In this document: piece after piece, positions 37,321 to 47,854 of the stretch
Layout of the letters: the number at the start of each line of letters is the position of its first letter
How positions within the stretch are numbered: position 1 is the first letter of the stretch
Assembly (NCBI GenBank): GCA_020632235.1
Contig: JACKFY010000001.1
Location: 159,334 to 223,333 of the forward strand
DNA: 64,000 bases
Direction: 5' to 3'
Source: Pseudomonadales bacterium
GTDB taxonomy: Bacteria; Patescibacteriota; Microgenomatia; UBA1400; PJMF01
Notes under the pieces: model-generated
Database searches by the model: none
The model's input: the letters and a program-made list of their open reading frames with translations, nothing else
What the model was told of the DNA's origin: nothing
Program-made: the position numbers and the translations under genes

Positions 37321-37629
37321 ATGAGCATGCAGTACGCTCCTCACATTATTGTTATCAGCTTGAGTATGGTGAGCATTGTGCTCTTCATCATGTCATTTTT
37401 TGTCATTAGAGTGCTCCTTCGTGCCAATAGAGTACTTCGTTCTCTTGAAGAAATAGTAGATGTTTCAGGCATGGAGGTGCGCTCATTTGTAACGCAGGTG
37501 TTCGAGCAGATCTTACTCAAAACAGAGCTTAGGCAAGAGCTCATTGAGGATGCTGTTCAGGCAGCTACAACTCCGCCCAAGAAATCACGCAAACCAAAGC
37601 AAAAGAAGCGGTTGTTTCGGGGGGTATAG
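37321..37629 (+). CDS. hypothetical small membrane protein
   Basis: 102 aa with one N-terminal TM helix and a basic C-terminus. Confidence 0.3.
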   Translation: MSMQYAPHIIVISLSMVSIVLFIMSFFVIRVLLRANRVLRSLEEIVDVSGMEVRSFVTQVFEQILLKTELRQELIEDAVQAATTPPKKSRKPKQKKRLFRGV

Positions 37630-37652
37630 AGGTTGTGTAGTACAATGCCTAC

Positions 37653-39518
37653 ATGACACTAGATCAGCTTCGCACAGCCTACATTGATTTTTTTGTAAAA
37701 CGAGGGCACGTCCATATTCCATCGGCCTCGCTGGTGCCGGAAAATGACCCCACCACACTGTTTACCGGCTCTGGTATGCAGCCGATTGTGCCGTATTTGC
37801 TGGGAGCTGTGCATCCAGAGGGAGAAAGACTGGTGAACTCTCAGCGCTGTTTTCGCTCACAAGACATCGAAGACATTGGCGACAACCGCCACACCACGTT
37901 TTTTGAGATGCTGGGGAATTGGTCGTTGGGTGATTACTTTAAAAGAGAGCAACTCTCTTGGGTGTTTGAGTTTTTGACGACTGTAGTTGGTATCGACCCA
38001 GCCAAACTGTACGTGACGGTCTTTGCTGGAAACAGCGACATTGGGGTGAGTGCTGACGAAAGATCGGTGGGTATTTGGAAAGAATTGTTTTCAGGAGTTG
38101 GTATAGAGGCAAAAGCAGTTAAACATGCCGGCACAAAGGGTATCCAAGATGGGCGGATTTTTTACTACGACGACGAGAAAAACTGGTGGTCACGATCGGG
38201 AATACCTGCCAAGATGCCAGTGGGTGAGCCAGGTGGGCCCGACAGCGAGCTGTTTTATGACTTTGGTAGTGAGTTGCGCTTGCATGAAACCTCTGTGTTT
38301 GCCAGTGACCCTTGTCATGTCAACTGCGACTGCGGACGGTTTATGGAGATAGGCAACTCTGTCTTTATGGAGTTTCAAAAAACAGACAGCGGGTTTGCCC
38401 CACTCTCACAAAAAAATGTTGATTTTGGCGGCGGGTTGGAGCGCATTTTAGCGGCCAAGCACAACACGCCTGACGTGTTTCAAACCGATGCGTTTGCCCC
38501 GATCATAGCCAAGTTGGAAACGGCAAGTGGGATTTCTTACACCCAAAACTCAGAGACTACGCGGATATTTCGAGTAGTAGCCGACCACATGCGGGCAGCA
38601 GTTATGCTGGCGGCTGATGGCGTGGTGCCGGGCGGTAAAGGCCAGGGGTACTTTGCCCGTCGCCTACTGCGGCGCAGCGTGCGGTTTGCCCACCAATCAG
38701 GACGAGAGATCCACCTCTCGCCACTCCTGACTCCCGTTATTGCCCAGATGTATGCAACTGTACACCCGACTATCTCAGAACAGGCCAAGTATATCCAAGA
38801 TGTGCTGTTTGAAGAAGAAAAAAAATTTGAAAAAACACTTGAAAAAGGTTTGAAAGAACTGGAAAAGTATGAAACCCTTGATGCAGAACGCGCGTTCAAG
38901 CTCTACGAGACGTACGGCTTTCCGTTTGAGCTGACACAAGAAATTGCTCGTGAACGTGGGCAAGAGCTGTGTGAAGAAGACTTTCAAAAAGCACAAGATG
39001 CTCACTCTCAAGCCTCTCGCTCGGCCTCAGCCGGCATGTTTAAGGGTGGTCTAGAGGATGACTCAGACACAACGGTGGCGTTTCACACAGCAACACACCT
39101 GCTGCATGCAGCGCTGCGCCAAGTGCTAGGAGAAGAAGTGCAGCAGAAAGGCTCCAACATCACCGCCGATCGTCTGCGCTTTGATTTTTCTTGGGGGCAT
39201 AAGCTGACTCAGGAAGAAAAACATGCAGTCATAACCCAGGTAAACGACTGGATTGACGCTGATCTACCCGTGCATCACGCCATGCAAGACAAAGCCGAGG
39301 CGCTCAAACAGGGTGCACTGGCGTTTTTTGGCGAGACGTACCCTGACACCGTCAGTGTCTACATTATTGGTGCGTCTCCTGATGCAGATTGGGTTTCAAA
39401 AGAACTGTGTGGTGGCCCTCATGTGACCAGCACCGGGCAGATAGGCCACCTTGTTCTGCAAAAAGAAAAAGCAGTCAGTAGTGGTGTGCGCCGGGTGTAT
39501 CTTGCTCGCTCGGGGTAG
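37653..39518 (+). CDS. alaS: alanine--tRNA ligase (short form lacking the C-Ala domain)
   Basis: It has the class II catalytic core (FFVKRGHVHIPSASLVPENDPTTLFTGSGMQ, FEMLGNWSLGDYFK) and an editing-domain HxxxH...CGGPH motif. It is only 621 aa. Confidence 0.85.
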   Translation: MTLDQLRTAYIDFFVKRGHVHIPSASLVPENDPTTLFTGSGMQPIVPYLLGAVHPEGERLVNSQRCFRSQDIEDIGDNRHTTFFEMLGNWSLGDYFKREQLSWVFEFLTTVVGIDPAKLYVTVFAGNSDIGVSADERSVGIWKELFSGVGIEAKAVKHAGTKGIQDGRIFYYDDEKNWWSRSGIPAKMPVGEPGGPDSELFYDFGSELRLHETSVFASDPCHVNCDCGRFMEIGNSVFMEFQKTDSGFAPLSQKNVDFGGGLERILAAKHNTPDVFQTDAFAPIIAKLETASGISYTQNSETTRIFRVVADHMRAAVMLAADGVVPGGKGQGYFARRLLRRSVRFAHQSGREIHLSPLLTPVIAQMYATVHPTISEQAKYIQDVLFEEEKKFEKTLEKGLKELEKYETLDAERAFKLYETYGFPFELTQEIARERGQELCEEDFQKAQDAHSQASRSASAGMFKGGLEDDSDTTVAFHTATHLLHAALRQVLGEEVQQKGSNITADRLRFDFSWGHKLTQEEKHAVITQVNDWIDADLPVHHAMQDKAEALKQGALAFFGETYPDTVSVYIIGASPDADWVSKELCGGPHVTSTGQIGHLVLQKEKAVSSGVRRVYLARSG

Positions 39519-39559
39519 TAGCGCGTCCATCTTGAGTCTTTGCCAGGAAGGGTGCTATA

Positions 39560-41779
39560 GTGTTTGAAAAACACCTACCACCCATGCGCCTACCATCATT
39601 CCTTCCTAGTCTACCCAAGAGAAACAAAACGACCGACCCGCAGTACTTATGCGTGCTGTTTTCCCCCAAGTCGCTACGCGCGTGCTTGCTTACTATCTCT
39701 CAGGGGCAGGTGCTTGTCACCGCCCAGTCAAACACCCATGTATACCTTGGCAATCACGACTGCATTGTGAGTACTGATAACGCTTTGCAAGAACTTCCCA
39801 AAGAGTCAGAGGCAGTCCATGAGGTTATTTTTGCCTTAGAAACCAGCTGGATAGACCAAGATGGCATTGTAGACGAAAAAAAGGCACTTCTGAAAGAATT
39901 GAGTAGCGATTTGGCGCTCAAGCCAGTCGGCTTTGTGGTCATGACCGAGACGCTGGTGCAGGCCTATTCACAGCAGAACACAGAGTTTTCAGCCCTTGTT
40001 GTGCAGTTGAGTGAGCAAATGTGTACTGTCTCACTGGTAGATGAAGGCGCGATAGGTCAAGTAGAGAGCGTCCCACTAGAAAAAACCCCCGTCCAGACGC
40101 TGACTCAGGCGCTTGGTCACTTTACCAACACACAACACGCAGAAGGTCGGGAAGACAGCGCTGATGAAGTGTCTACCCCGTCCGCGCAGCTTTACTTTCC
40201 ACCTCATATCGTCGTGTTTGGTCTTGGCGTTGCTCCAGAGCAGCTTTCTTCGTTTGTGTCACAGTTGACCGATCACGACTGGCACGAGACACCCTTGTTT
40301 GGTGACGAAGTGCAGATAGAGCGAATCGCGAGCGAAACACTCACCCAACTAGTGGCAAAAAAAGGAGGTGAGGCAGTGGCGCGCTCGCAGGGTCATGATG
40401 TTGTTATTTCTAGCGCTGATGTAACAGAGCTACCAGCTCAGCCAGAAATTACAAAAGCAGCTATACCCATGGATGACTCAGACTCGCTTGGTGTAGCCGA
40501 GCCGCCTACCTCGTTTGGCGTGCCTATTCAAGAGAGTGTGACCCAGATTGGGGAAGCCCAAGACGAAGCACTAGAAGAGCTTCTTCATGAGGCACACCCA
40601 CCACACTCAAAGAAAAAAATTATGCTGTGGAGCGGTGTGGCGGTACTCCTTGGTCTTTTGGCCACAGGCGTTATTCTCTATTTTTTCTTGGTTCGTAGTG
40701 TGACTGCAGTAGTGATGATTACACCAAAAAAGAACACTATCACCGCCCAGTCAACCCTCACGGTAGATGAAGATGCACGAGAGCCTGATCTAGAAAGCAT
40801 GACCCTACCAGGTATTCTAGTTGAGAAAGCGGTATCGGGTAGTGAGAGCACGACTGCTTCTGGTACCACCACAGTCGGTGACAAGGCTACTGGCAGCATC
40901 ACTCTGCTCAACAGCACTGAGTCGGAAAAAACGTTTGCAGCTGGCACCACGGTGAGTGGGAATGGGCAGAGCTTTACGCTTGATAGTGCAGTGAGTGTAC
41001 CAGCAGCGACACGAAAAGATACAAGTGTAACGACCACCGAGATCAAAAAAGGTGAGGCATCAGCAACAGTCACTGCAACCGAAATAGGTGACGGAGGGAA
41101 CTTGGGTGAAGATGTCCAGCTGCAAGTAGCAGACTTTGCCAGCAATACCTACGAGGCAGTGACACAGAGTGCCTTTTCAGGTGGTTCGAGTAGAGAGATT
41201 ACCGTGGTGGCAGAGCAAGACTTAACAGCGCTACGCACCACGCTTGAAAAGCAACTGCTCGAAACAGGGGGAGGGCAGCTAGCAGACGAGCAAAGTGCAG
41301 GAGTGTACGTACTGCCAGGATACTCTCTTACCGTGAGTAGCGCCCAGTACTCAGCGGAGGTGGGTGACGAAACCAGGGAGATCACCCTCACTATGCAAGG
41401 CACTGTGCAGGCACTTTCGTATCGGGCAGAAGACCTAAAACCACTTGCCCACCAGTTGCTTATCTCGCAAGTACCAGAGGGGTTTCAGCTCAGCGATGAC
41501 GACCCACAGATTTTATCGTCACCAACTGATGCCCAAGAAGAAATAAGTACTAGCACCCGCACGCTGGAGGCAAACATCACTACTACCGCAGTTGCAACAA
41601 TCTCCAGTGAAGATATTAAAACAAGTATTGCAGGAAAACGAGCATCGGAGGCAGAAAGTCAGCTTTCTAGCACGATGGGCATTACCTCGGCCCAGCTTGA
41701 ACTTCGTCCAGTTTTAGCAACACGTTTTGGCATTGGTGTGCCCAGTGACACACAAAAAATAGAGATACTCTTTGAGTAA
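39560..41779 (+). CDS. large hypothetical membrane protein (N-terminal cytoplasmic domain, single TM near residue 355, Thr/Ser-rich extracytoplasmic C-domain)
   Basis: 739-aa ORF with no family recognised. It is immediately upstream of a sortase-like gene. Confidence 0.5.
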   Translation: MFEKHLPPMRLPSFLPSLPKRNKTTDPQYLCVLFSPKSLRACLLTISQGQVLVTAQSNTHVYLGNHDCIVSTDNALQELPKESEAVHEVIFALETSWIDQDGIVDEKKALLKELSSDLALKPVGFVVMTETLVQAYSQQNTEFSALVVQLSEQMCTVSLVDEGAIGQVESVPLEKTPVQTLTQALGHFTNTQHAEGREDSADEVSTPSAQLYFPPHIVVFGLGVAPEQLSSFVSQLTDHDWHETPLFGDEVQIERIASETLTQLVAKKGGEAVARSQGHDVVISSADVTELPAQPEITKAAIPMDDSDSLGVAEPPTSFGVPIQESVTQIGEAQDEALEELLHEAHPPHSKKKIMLWSGVAVLLGLLATGVILYFFLVRSVTAVVMITPKKNTITAQSTLTVDEDAREPDLESMTLPGILVEKAVSGSESTTASGTTTVGDKATGSITLLNSTESEKTFAAGTTVSGNGQSFTLDSAVSVPAATRKDTSVTTTEIKKGEASATVTATEIGDGGNLGEDVQLQVADFASNTYEAVTQSAFSGGSSREITVVAEQDLTALRTTLEKQLLETGGGQLADEQSAGVYVLPGYSLTVSSAQYSAEVGDETREITLTMQGTVQALSYRAEDLKPLAHQLLISQVPEGFQLSDDDPQILSSPTDAQEEISTSTRTLEANITTTAVATISSEDIKTSIAGKRASEAESQLSSTMGITSAQLELRPVLATRFGIGVPSDTQKIEILFE

Positions 41780-41791
41780 AGGAGTATATAT

Positions 41792-42757
41792 ATGTTTCAA
41801 AAACACACTACCCCGAGCTCTACACTCTCTCAGCAAGAAATTATTGCCCTCTACAGACAGGCGGTGGCGAGTGGCCAGTCACTGGGTGAAATAGAAAAAA
41901 AAGTGCAGGCAAAACAAGAGCGACTTGGTGCCACCGACAGGGTAGAGCAGACAGAGGCCTTGAGGCGCGAGACAACGCTTAAAAACAAACTGCCACGCAT
42001 TGTGCGTCTGGGGGCATTTACCGTTCCAGCAGTCTTTATGTTGGCAGGGTTGTATTTGGTGGGCACCGCGCTGTTTCCACTCGTGCGCTACTACGTGAGC
42101 ACCTCACCACAACTGCAGGCAGCCGTACTCAAGACCCCCATTCCGCTCGATAACGTTCTTGATGGTAATGCAGTCGCTATTGTAGGCAGTAGCGAGTCTG
42201 TTATCAGGGAGAAACCCTACACAGGCCCGGTGTTTTTGACCACCCAGCTGGACTACACCAATCTTTCCAACTGGTTTGATACAGAGACAGGCAAGGCGTT
42301 GGCTGCAGAGCCTCCAACCCAAGGATTTACCGAGTACACACTCGACATCCCCAAGCTTAATATAACCAATGCCATAGTAGCGGTGGGTGGCACAGACCTC
42401 AACCAAAGTTTGATAGCCTACCCTGGCACGGCATTGCCAGGTGATGTTGGCGCACCGGTGATCTTTGGTCATTCGGTGCTCAGGCGCTTTTACAACCCCA
42501 GTGAGCAAAACCCCCGCAGATATAACTCTATCTTTAGTACTATCATGACGCTGGAACCAGGAGACGAAATTTACGTTACTGCTGGGGGAAAAGAGTACAC
42601 CTACCGCGTGCAAGACAAAACAGAGGTACAACCCACCGACGTGCACATCTTGGCGCAAAAGTATGACTCAAAACTACTCAAGCTGGTTACCTGCACCCCC
42701 GAGGGCACGTACCTTAGGCGCGGGGTAGTGACCGCGGCGCTGGTGGAGGTGGGGTAG
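41792..42757 (+). CDS. sortase family transpeptidase
   Basis: An N-terminal TM is followed by a catalytic His (IFGHSVLRRF) and a TLVTCTP Cys motif near the C-terminus. Confidence 0.6.
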   Translation: MFQKHTTPSSTLSQQEIIALYRQAVASGQSLGEIEKKVQAKQERLGATDRVEQTEALRRETTLKNKLPRIVRLGAFTVPAVFMLAGLYLVGTALFPLVRYYVSTSPQLQAAVLKTPIPLDNVLDGNAVAIVGSSESVIREKPYTGPVFLTTQLDYTNLSNWFDTETGKALAAEPPTQGFTEYTLDIPKLNITNAIVAVGGTDLNQSLIAYPGTALPGDVGAPVIFGHSVLRRFYNPSEQNPRRYNSIFSTIMTLEPGDEIYVTAGGKEYTYRVQDKTEVQPTDVHILAQKYDSKLLKLVTCTPEGTYLRRGVVTAALVEVG

Positions 42758-42774
42758 GGAGTATACTAATACTC

Positions 42775-43158
42775 ATGCAAAAAACCCTTGCCATAGACTA
42801 CGGCACCAAGCGGGTAGGGGTGGCGGTGTCTCGTGGGACGCTGGCAGAGCCACTACTCGTTGTACCCAATGATGATAGAGTATTTATTACACTCCTGGAA
42901 GTACTTGCAGAACACCAGATAGAGCAGATTGTGGTGGGGTTGTCTGAGAGTGCGATGGCTGTCAAGACAAAAGAGTTTGCCGCTGTGCTGGCTAAAAAAA
43001 CAACCGTGCCCATTGTTTTTGCCGATGAAACGTTGAGTTCTCAAAAAGTGAAGGCACAGTTGCGCTTTTCCAAACAATCCAAGCGTCAGGGGCCGATAGA
43101 CCACTATGCGGCAGCAGAGTTCTTGGGGGAGTGGCTTGACGCGCAATCTCCTCGTTGA
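42775..43158 (+). CDS. ruvX: Holliday-junction-resolvase-like YqgF/RuvX (pre-16S rRNA nuclease)
   Basis: LAIDYGTKRVGVAVS N-terminal signature. 127 aa. Confidence 0.8.
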   Translation: MQKTLAIDYGTKRVGVAVSRGTLAEPLLVVPNDDRVFITLLEVLAEHQIEQIVVGLSESAMAVKTKEFAAVLAKKTTVPIVFADETLSSQKVKAQLRFSKQSKRQGPIDHYAAAEFLGEWLDAQSPR

Positions 43159-43213
43159 CTCTATGCACTCTCTCATTTATATAGTAACAGTTTAATACTC
43201 CTACACCTTCAAG

Positions 43214-44188
43214 TTGCAACATATGAAAAAAATACTTACTGGTGTCATTGGTTGTGGTATTCTTTTGGTTGGTATGGGTGCCTGGTGGTTGAGTACCCAA
43301 CTCCAGCCAGTCTCGGGTGACACTACTACTGTTACCTTCATCGTGAAAAAGGGAGAGTCAGCTGCTAGCATCGCAGATCGTCTGGCAGAGCAAGGTTTGG
43401 TTAAGAACGCGCAGGTGTTTCGCTACTACGCTCGCCTGAATGACTTGATTCCACTCTTTCAGTCTGGCTCGTTTCAGCTCTCGCCGGCTATGGACGCTCA
43501 TCAGCTGGCCCAACAACTCACACAAGGCACCGAGGACATCTGGATTACTATTTTAGAAGGGTGGCGACCAGAAGAAGTAGCAACCTACTTGTTGTCACTT
43601 GGGCTGCCAGAAGAAACACAGACAACACTTTTGACCGCAGCAGAAACACAGCCACAGCTCCTCTACCCAGATACCTACCTTATTCCGCGACAGATAGAAC
43701 CAGCAACACTTAAATCGCTGCTTGAAAATACCTATCAAACAAAAATTGTAGATCAATATGAGTCAGAAATTACTGCTTCATCACACTCTTTAGAAGAGTT
43801 GGTTGCCATGGCGTCTCTTGTGCAGCGTGAGGCCCGCGACCCAGAAGACATGCGCAAGGTGGCCGGTATTTTATGGAAACGAATAGAAATAGATATGCCG
43901 CTACAGGTAGATGCGACACTGCAGTACGCACGTGGTCAGGACGCTCAGGGAGCATGGTGGTCGCCACCACTCGCGATCGATAAAGAGCTTGACTCGCCAT
44001 TCAATACCTATGTCAACGTTGGGCTGCCACCCCATGCAATCAGCAATTTTGGTCAGGCTGCATTTTCGGCCGCCCTCAACCCCATTCTCGGTGACGACCT
44101 ATTTTACATCCACGCACCAGATGGTACTATGTACTACGCCCAGACGTACGATGAACACTTGCAGTTGGTAAATAGATACTTGCGCTAG
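43214..44188 (+). CDS. mltG: endolytic murein transglycosylase MltG (YceG family)
   Basis: It has an N-terminal TM and the YceG-like domain architecture. 324 aa. Confidence 0.75.
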   Translation: MQHMKKILTGVIGCGILLVGMGAWWLSTQLQPVSGDTTTVTFIVKKGESAASIADRLAEQGLVKNAQVFRYYARLNDLIPLFQSGSFQLSPAMDAHQLAQQLTQGTEDIWITILEGWRPEEVATYLLSLGLPEETQTTLLTAAETQPQLLYPDTYLIPRQIEPATLKSLLENTYQTKIVDQYESEITASSHSLEELVAMASLVQREARDPEDMRKVAGILWKRIEIDMPLQVDATLQYARGQDAQGAWWSPPLAIDKELDSPFNTYVNVGLPPHAISNFGQAAFSAALNPILGDDLFYIHAPDGTMYYAQTYDEHLQLVNRYLR

Positions 44189-44368
44189 CTGCATCCTGCT
44201 GTTACAATCGCCCATTCTTGGGGAATTAAGGTAAAGTAGCGGTTGAGGACTAGATACTTGAGGAGCGCCCACACACAAATCGGTAGTACACAGCAGTAAG
44301 TACGAAGTGGTAAGAACACGATAGGTGTTCTTCTTTTGGTGGGGACTAGAAATAATAAAAGGAAATGT

Positions 44369-47300
44369 ATGCGACAGCAATCTCGTCAAAATTGGGGTAC
44401 AAATCACACAGTACTACCAGAGCTGAACTTGGTGCAACTACAGAAAGACTCGTATCGAGAGTTTTTGGAACATGGTTTGGTAGAGGCGCTTGCAGTCGTC
44501 AATAACGAGAATGGAATAGAAGACTACACAGGTAAAAACTGGTCTCTCAAGTTTGGGCAGTATCGATTTGGTCCGTCCAAGTATGGCATAGAAGAAGCCA
44601 AGAGCAAGGGTGTGACCTACGACATGCCGCTCTACGTTGAGGCAGTACTTCTTAATAAAAAAACAGGTGAAGAGCAGACACAGGAGGTGTTTTTGGGTGA
44701 CATGCCTCGCATGACTCCTATCGGCACGTTTATTATCAATGGTATTGAGCGAGCCGTGGTGACACAGCTGGTGCGCTCACCTGGCGTTTCGTTTTCTGCC
44801 GACATTGACCCTGCTACCAATCGTGCGCTCTACAAAGCAGAACTAAGGCCAAAGCGTGGCTCGTGGCTTGAGTTTTCCGTTAACAAGCGTAACGTGATGA
44901 CGGTCAAGATAGATCGTCGGCGCAAGATGCCGGTCACGGTGTTACTTCGTGCCGTTGGTTGGGCGAGTGATGACGAGATCACCAGCGCTCTGAAAGACGC
45001 ACTCAAAGCAGATGAGTATGACTTGGTACAAAACACTTTAGAAAAAGACACGACTAAAACGACCGAGGAAGCGCTGATCGAGATCTATGAAAAGATGCGC
45101 CCTGGAGAGCCGGCGGTGCTTGAAAACGCCAAGGAGTATGTTTCACAGCTATTTTTTGACCCAAGACGATATGACTTGGGTGGTGTTGGCCGCTACAAGC
45201 TCAACAGACGACTTAAACTCTCGATTGATGAGACTACCACTACGCTTGTTCCAGAAGATATTTTGGCAACCGTTGCGTACTTGATACAGCTGCAAAATGG
45301 GCAAGGAAAGACTGATGATATTGACCACCTCTCCAACCGTCGCGTGCGCCAAATAGGCGAGCTCTTAAAAGAGTCAGCGTTTCGTATTGGGCTGATCCGC
45401 CTGGAGCGATCCATCAGAGAAAAGATGTCCCTTACCAAAACAGAAGACGTGCTCACACCAGCAGCGCTTGTTAATGCACGACCGCTCATCGCTACTGTCT
45501 CGGAGTTTTTCCGTCGCAATAGACTATCGACTATTCTTGATCAAACCAACCCGCTATCAGAGATTGATAACTTGAGGCGTTTGTCGGTGATGGGTTCGGG
45601 CGGCGTAACCCGCGAGCGAGCATCATTTTCGATGCGTGACATTAACGCGTCACAGTACTCGCGCATTGACCCTGTTCGCTCACCAGAGGGGCCAAACATT
45701 GGCTTGGTGACGTACTTATCACTCTATACCAAGGTAAATAAGTATGGCTTTCTCGAGGCTCCCTACAGACCAATCACGGTACAAGGAGATACCGCCACTG
45801 TGCAAGATGAAATTGTGTATCTCTCGGCAGATGATGAAGAGGACTACTACATTACCCACGCAGGAGTATCGGTCAGTGACGTGGGAGTGATTGAAGACGA
45901 ATGGGTGCCGATGCGCCATATGAATACGTTTATTGAGGGATCAGCGACCAAGTTGCAGTACATCGATGTTGTGCCGCGTCAGGTAATTGGTACTTCAGCC
46001 TCGATTATTCCTTTTATTGCACACGATGAGGCAACGCGCGCACTGATGGGCACACACATGCAGTGTCAGGCAGTGCCACTAATCAAGCCACAAGCTCCTA
46101 TTGTGGGCACTGGTATGGAGGCGGCAGTCGCAACTGCTATGAACAGAACAGTGATAGCACGACACGCTGGTGAAGTGAGCTACGTTGACGCCAAGCAAGT
46201 ACGTGTAAGACTGAGCAAAGCAGCGCTCAAACACAAAGAAAAAGAAGCAGTTGACAGCGTGTTTGACAACACTACTTCAGTTATCGAAGGTGATGAAGAG
46301 GTCTACGGCGTGTCAAAGTTTGTACGTACTTCCCAGAGCACTTCGTACTCGCAGCGACCAGTGGTGCGTGTGGGCCAAAAAGTAGCAGAAGGTGAAGTCT
46401 TGATTGATGGGCCAGCTGCTGATCACGGCGAACTAGCACTAGGTGCAAACATGGTGATTGCCTACTCCTCGTTTGAAGGTTTGGGGCACGAAGACGCCAT
46501 TGTGATCTCTGACACATTGGTTAAAAAAGATCTTTTGACATCCATTCAAATTAATGAGTATAAGGCAAAGGTGATGGACACCAAGCTGGGCGAGGAAGAG
46601 CTTACTTCCGACATCCCCAATGTGGCGGAAATGTACTTGAGTAACTTAATGCCCGATGGTGTTGTGCGAGTAGGAAGTGAGGTCTCGGCTGGCGATATAT
46701 TGGTGGGTAAAATTGCCCCCAAAGGCGAAACAGAGCTGACCCCTGAAGAACGACTGCTGCGCGCCATTTTTGGTGAAAAGTCGCGCGAAGTGCGTGATAC
46801 CTCTCTGAGAATGCCGCACGGTGAAGAGGGAACGGTTATTGATGTGCAGGTACTTGATTCTGATCTGGGTGACGAGCTTGACCCTGGCACCTTAAAAGAA
46901 GTGATTGTCAAAGTTGCTCAGGTAAGAAAAATTACCGTAGGTGACAAGCTTGCAGGTAGGCATGGCAACAAAGGGGTGATCTCCAAAATTGTCCCCGCAG
47001 CCGATATGCCACATCTGGAAGATGGAACACCTGTTGATATTATTATCTCACCCCTCTCGGTGCTTGCTCGCATGAACCTGGGTCAACTACTTGAGGCACA
47101 CGCTGGATGGGCAGCTCAAAAACTAGGGTACACCATCGCGGTACCTGCGTTTGAGCACTTTGATGAGTCAAAGATTTGGAGTGAGCTGGAGCGCGCAGGA
47201 CTGCCAGTAAGCGGTAAAGCAACGCTTATTGATGGTAAAACGGGCGAAAAATTTGCCGAACCCACAACGGTGGGCATCGGGTATATCTTGAAGTTGAGCC

Positions 47301-47839
47301 ACATGGTGGAAGACAAGATGCACGCCCGGTCAACCGGTCCCTACTCACTCGTTACCCAGCAACCACTTGGTGGAAAAGCGCAGATGGGTGGGCAGCGACT
47401 TGGAGAGATGGAAGTCTGGGCGTTGGAAGCGCACCGAGCTGCTCATGTCTTACAAGAGATGCTTACCATCAAATCTGATGACGTGATTGGTCGCTCAAAG
47501 GCCTTTGAGGCGATTGTCAAGGGTGTGCCGATCCCTGCACCTACTGTCCCAGAGTCTTTCCGAGTGCTGATGCGCGAGCTTAACTCATTGGTTGTTGATA
47601 TTGTGCCGTATGAAGCTACCGAGATAGAAGAAGACGAAGCTATAGATCCAACCATCGCCGCAGAACTGCAGGCAGAAGCCGCGGAAGGTGAAGACGAACT
47701 CAAAGACGCGATGGACAAAGAGGTAGAAGAAGAGATGGAGGAAGTTGATGCAGATGAAGAGGTCGACTTTTCACCTGATGATGACGATGAGGATGATGAT
47801 ACCTCAGATGATGTAGAAGATAGCCATGACGAATCATAA
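44369..47839 (+). CDS. rpoB: DNA-directed RNA polymerase subunit beta
   Basis: Conserved along its whole length, with an acidic C-terminal tail. The start was chosen at the Met preceded by AAAGGA. Confidence 0.95.
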   Translation: MRQQSRQNWGTNHTVLPELNLVQLQKDSYREFLEHGLVEALAVVNNENGIEDYTGKNWSLKFGQYRFGPSKYGIEEAKSKGVTYDMPLYVEAVLLNKKTGEEQTQEVFLGDMPRMTPIGTFIINGIERAVVTQLVRSPGVSFSADIDPATNRALYKAELRPKRGSWLEFSVNKRNVMTVKIDRRRKMPVTVLLRAVGWASDDEITSALKDALKADEYDLVQNTLEKDTTKTTEEALIEIYEKMRPGEPAVLENAKEYVSQLFFDPRRYDLGGVGRYKLNRRLKLSIDETTTTLVPEDILATVAYLIQLQNGQGKTDDIDHLSNRRVRQIGELLKESAFRIGLIRLERSIREKMSLTKTEDVLTPAALVNARPLIATVSEFFRRNRLSTILDQTNPLSEIDNLRRLSVMGSGGVTRERASFSMRDINASQYSRIDPVRSPEGPNIGLVTYLSLYTKVNKYGFLEAPYRPITVQGDTATVQDEIVYLSADDEEDYYITHAGVSVSDVGVIEDEWVPMRHMNTFIEGSATKLQYIDVVPRQVIGTSASIIPFIAHDEATRALMGTHMQCQAVPLIKPQAPIVGTGMEAAVATAMNRTVIARHAGEVSYVDAKQVRVRLSKAALKHKEKEAVDSVFDNTTSVIEGDEEVYGVSKFVRTSQSTSYSQRPVVRVGQKVAEGEVLIDGPAADHGELALGANMVIAYSSFEGLGHEDAIVISDTLVKKDLLTSIQINEYKAKVMDTKLGEEELTSDIPNVAEMYLSNLMPDGVVRVGSEVSAGDILVGKIAPKGETELTPEERLLRAIFGEKSREVRDTSLRMPHGEEGTVIDVQVLDSDLGDELDPGTLKEVIVKVAQVRKITVGDKLAGRHGNKGVISKIVPAADMPHLEDGTPVDIIISPLSVLARMNLGQLLEAHAGWAAQKLGYTIAVPAFEHFDESKIWSELERAGLPVSGKATLIDGKTGEKFAEPTTVGIGYILKLSHMVEDKMHARSTGPYSLVTQQPLGGKAQMGGQRLGEMEVWALEAHRAAHVLQEMLTIKSDDVIGRSKAFEAIVKGVPIPAPTVPESFRVLMRELNSLVVDIVPYEATEIEEDEAIDPTIAAELQAEAAEGEDELKDAMDKEVEEEMEEVDADEEVDFSPDDDDEDDDTSDDVEDSHDES

Positions 47840-47854
47840 GACAAAGGACGCTTT

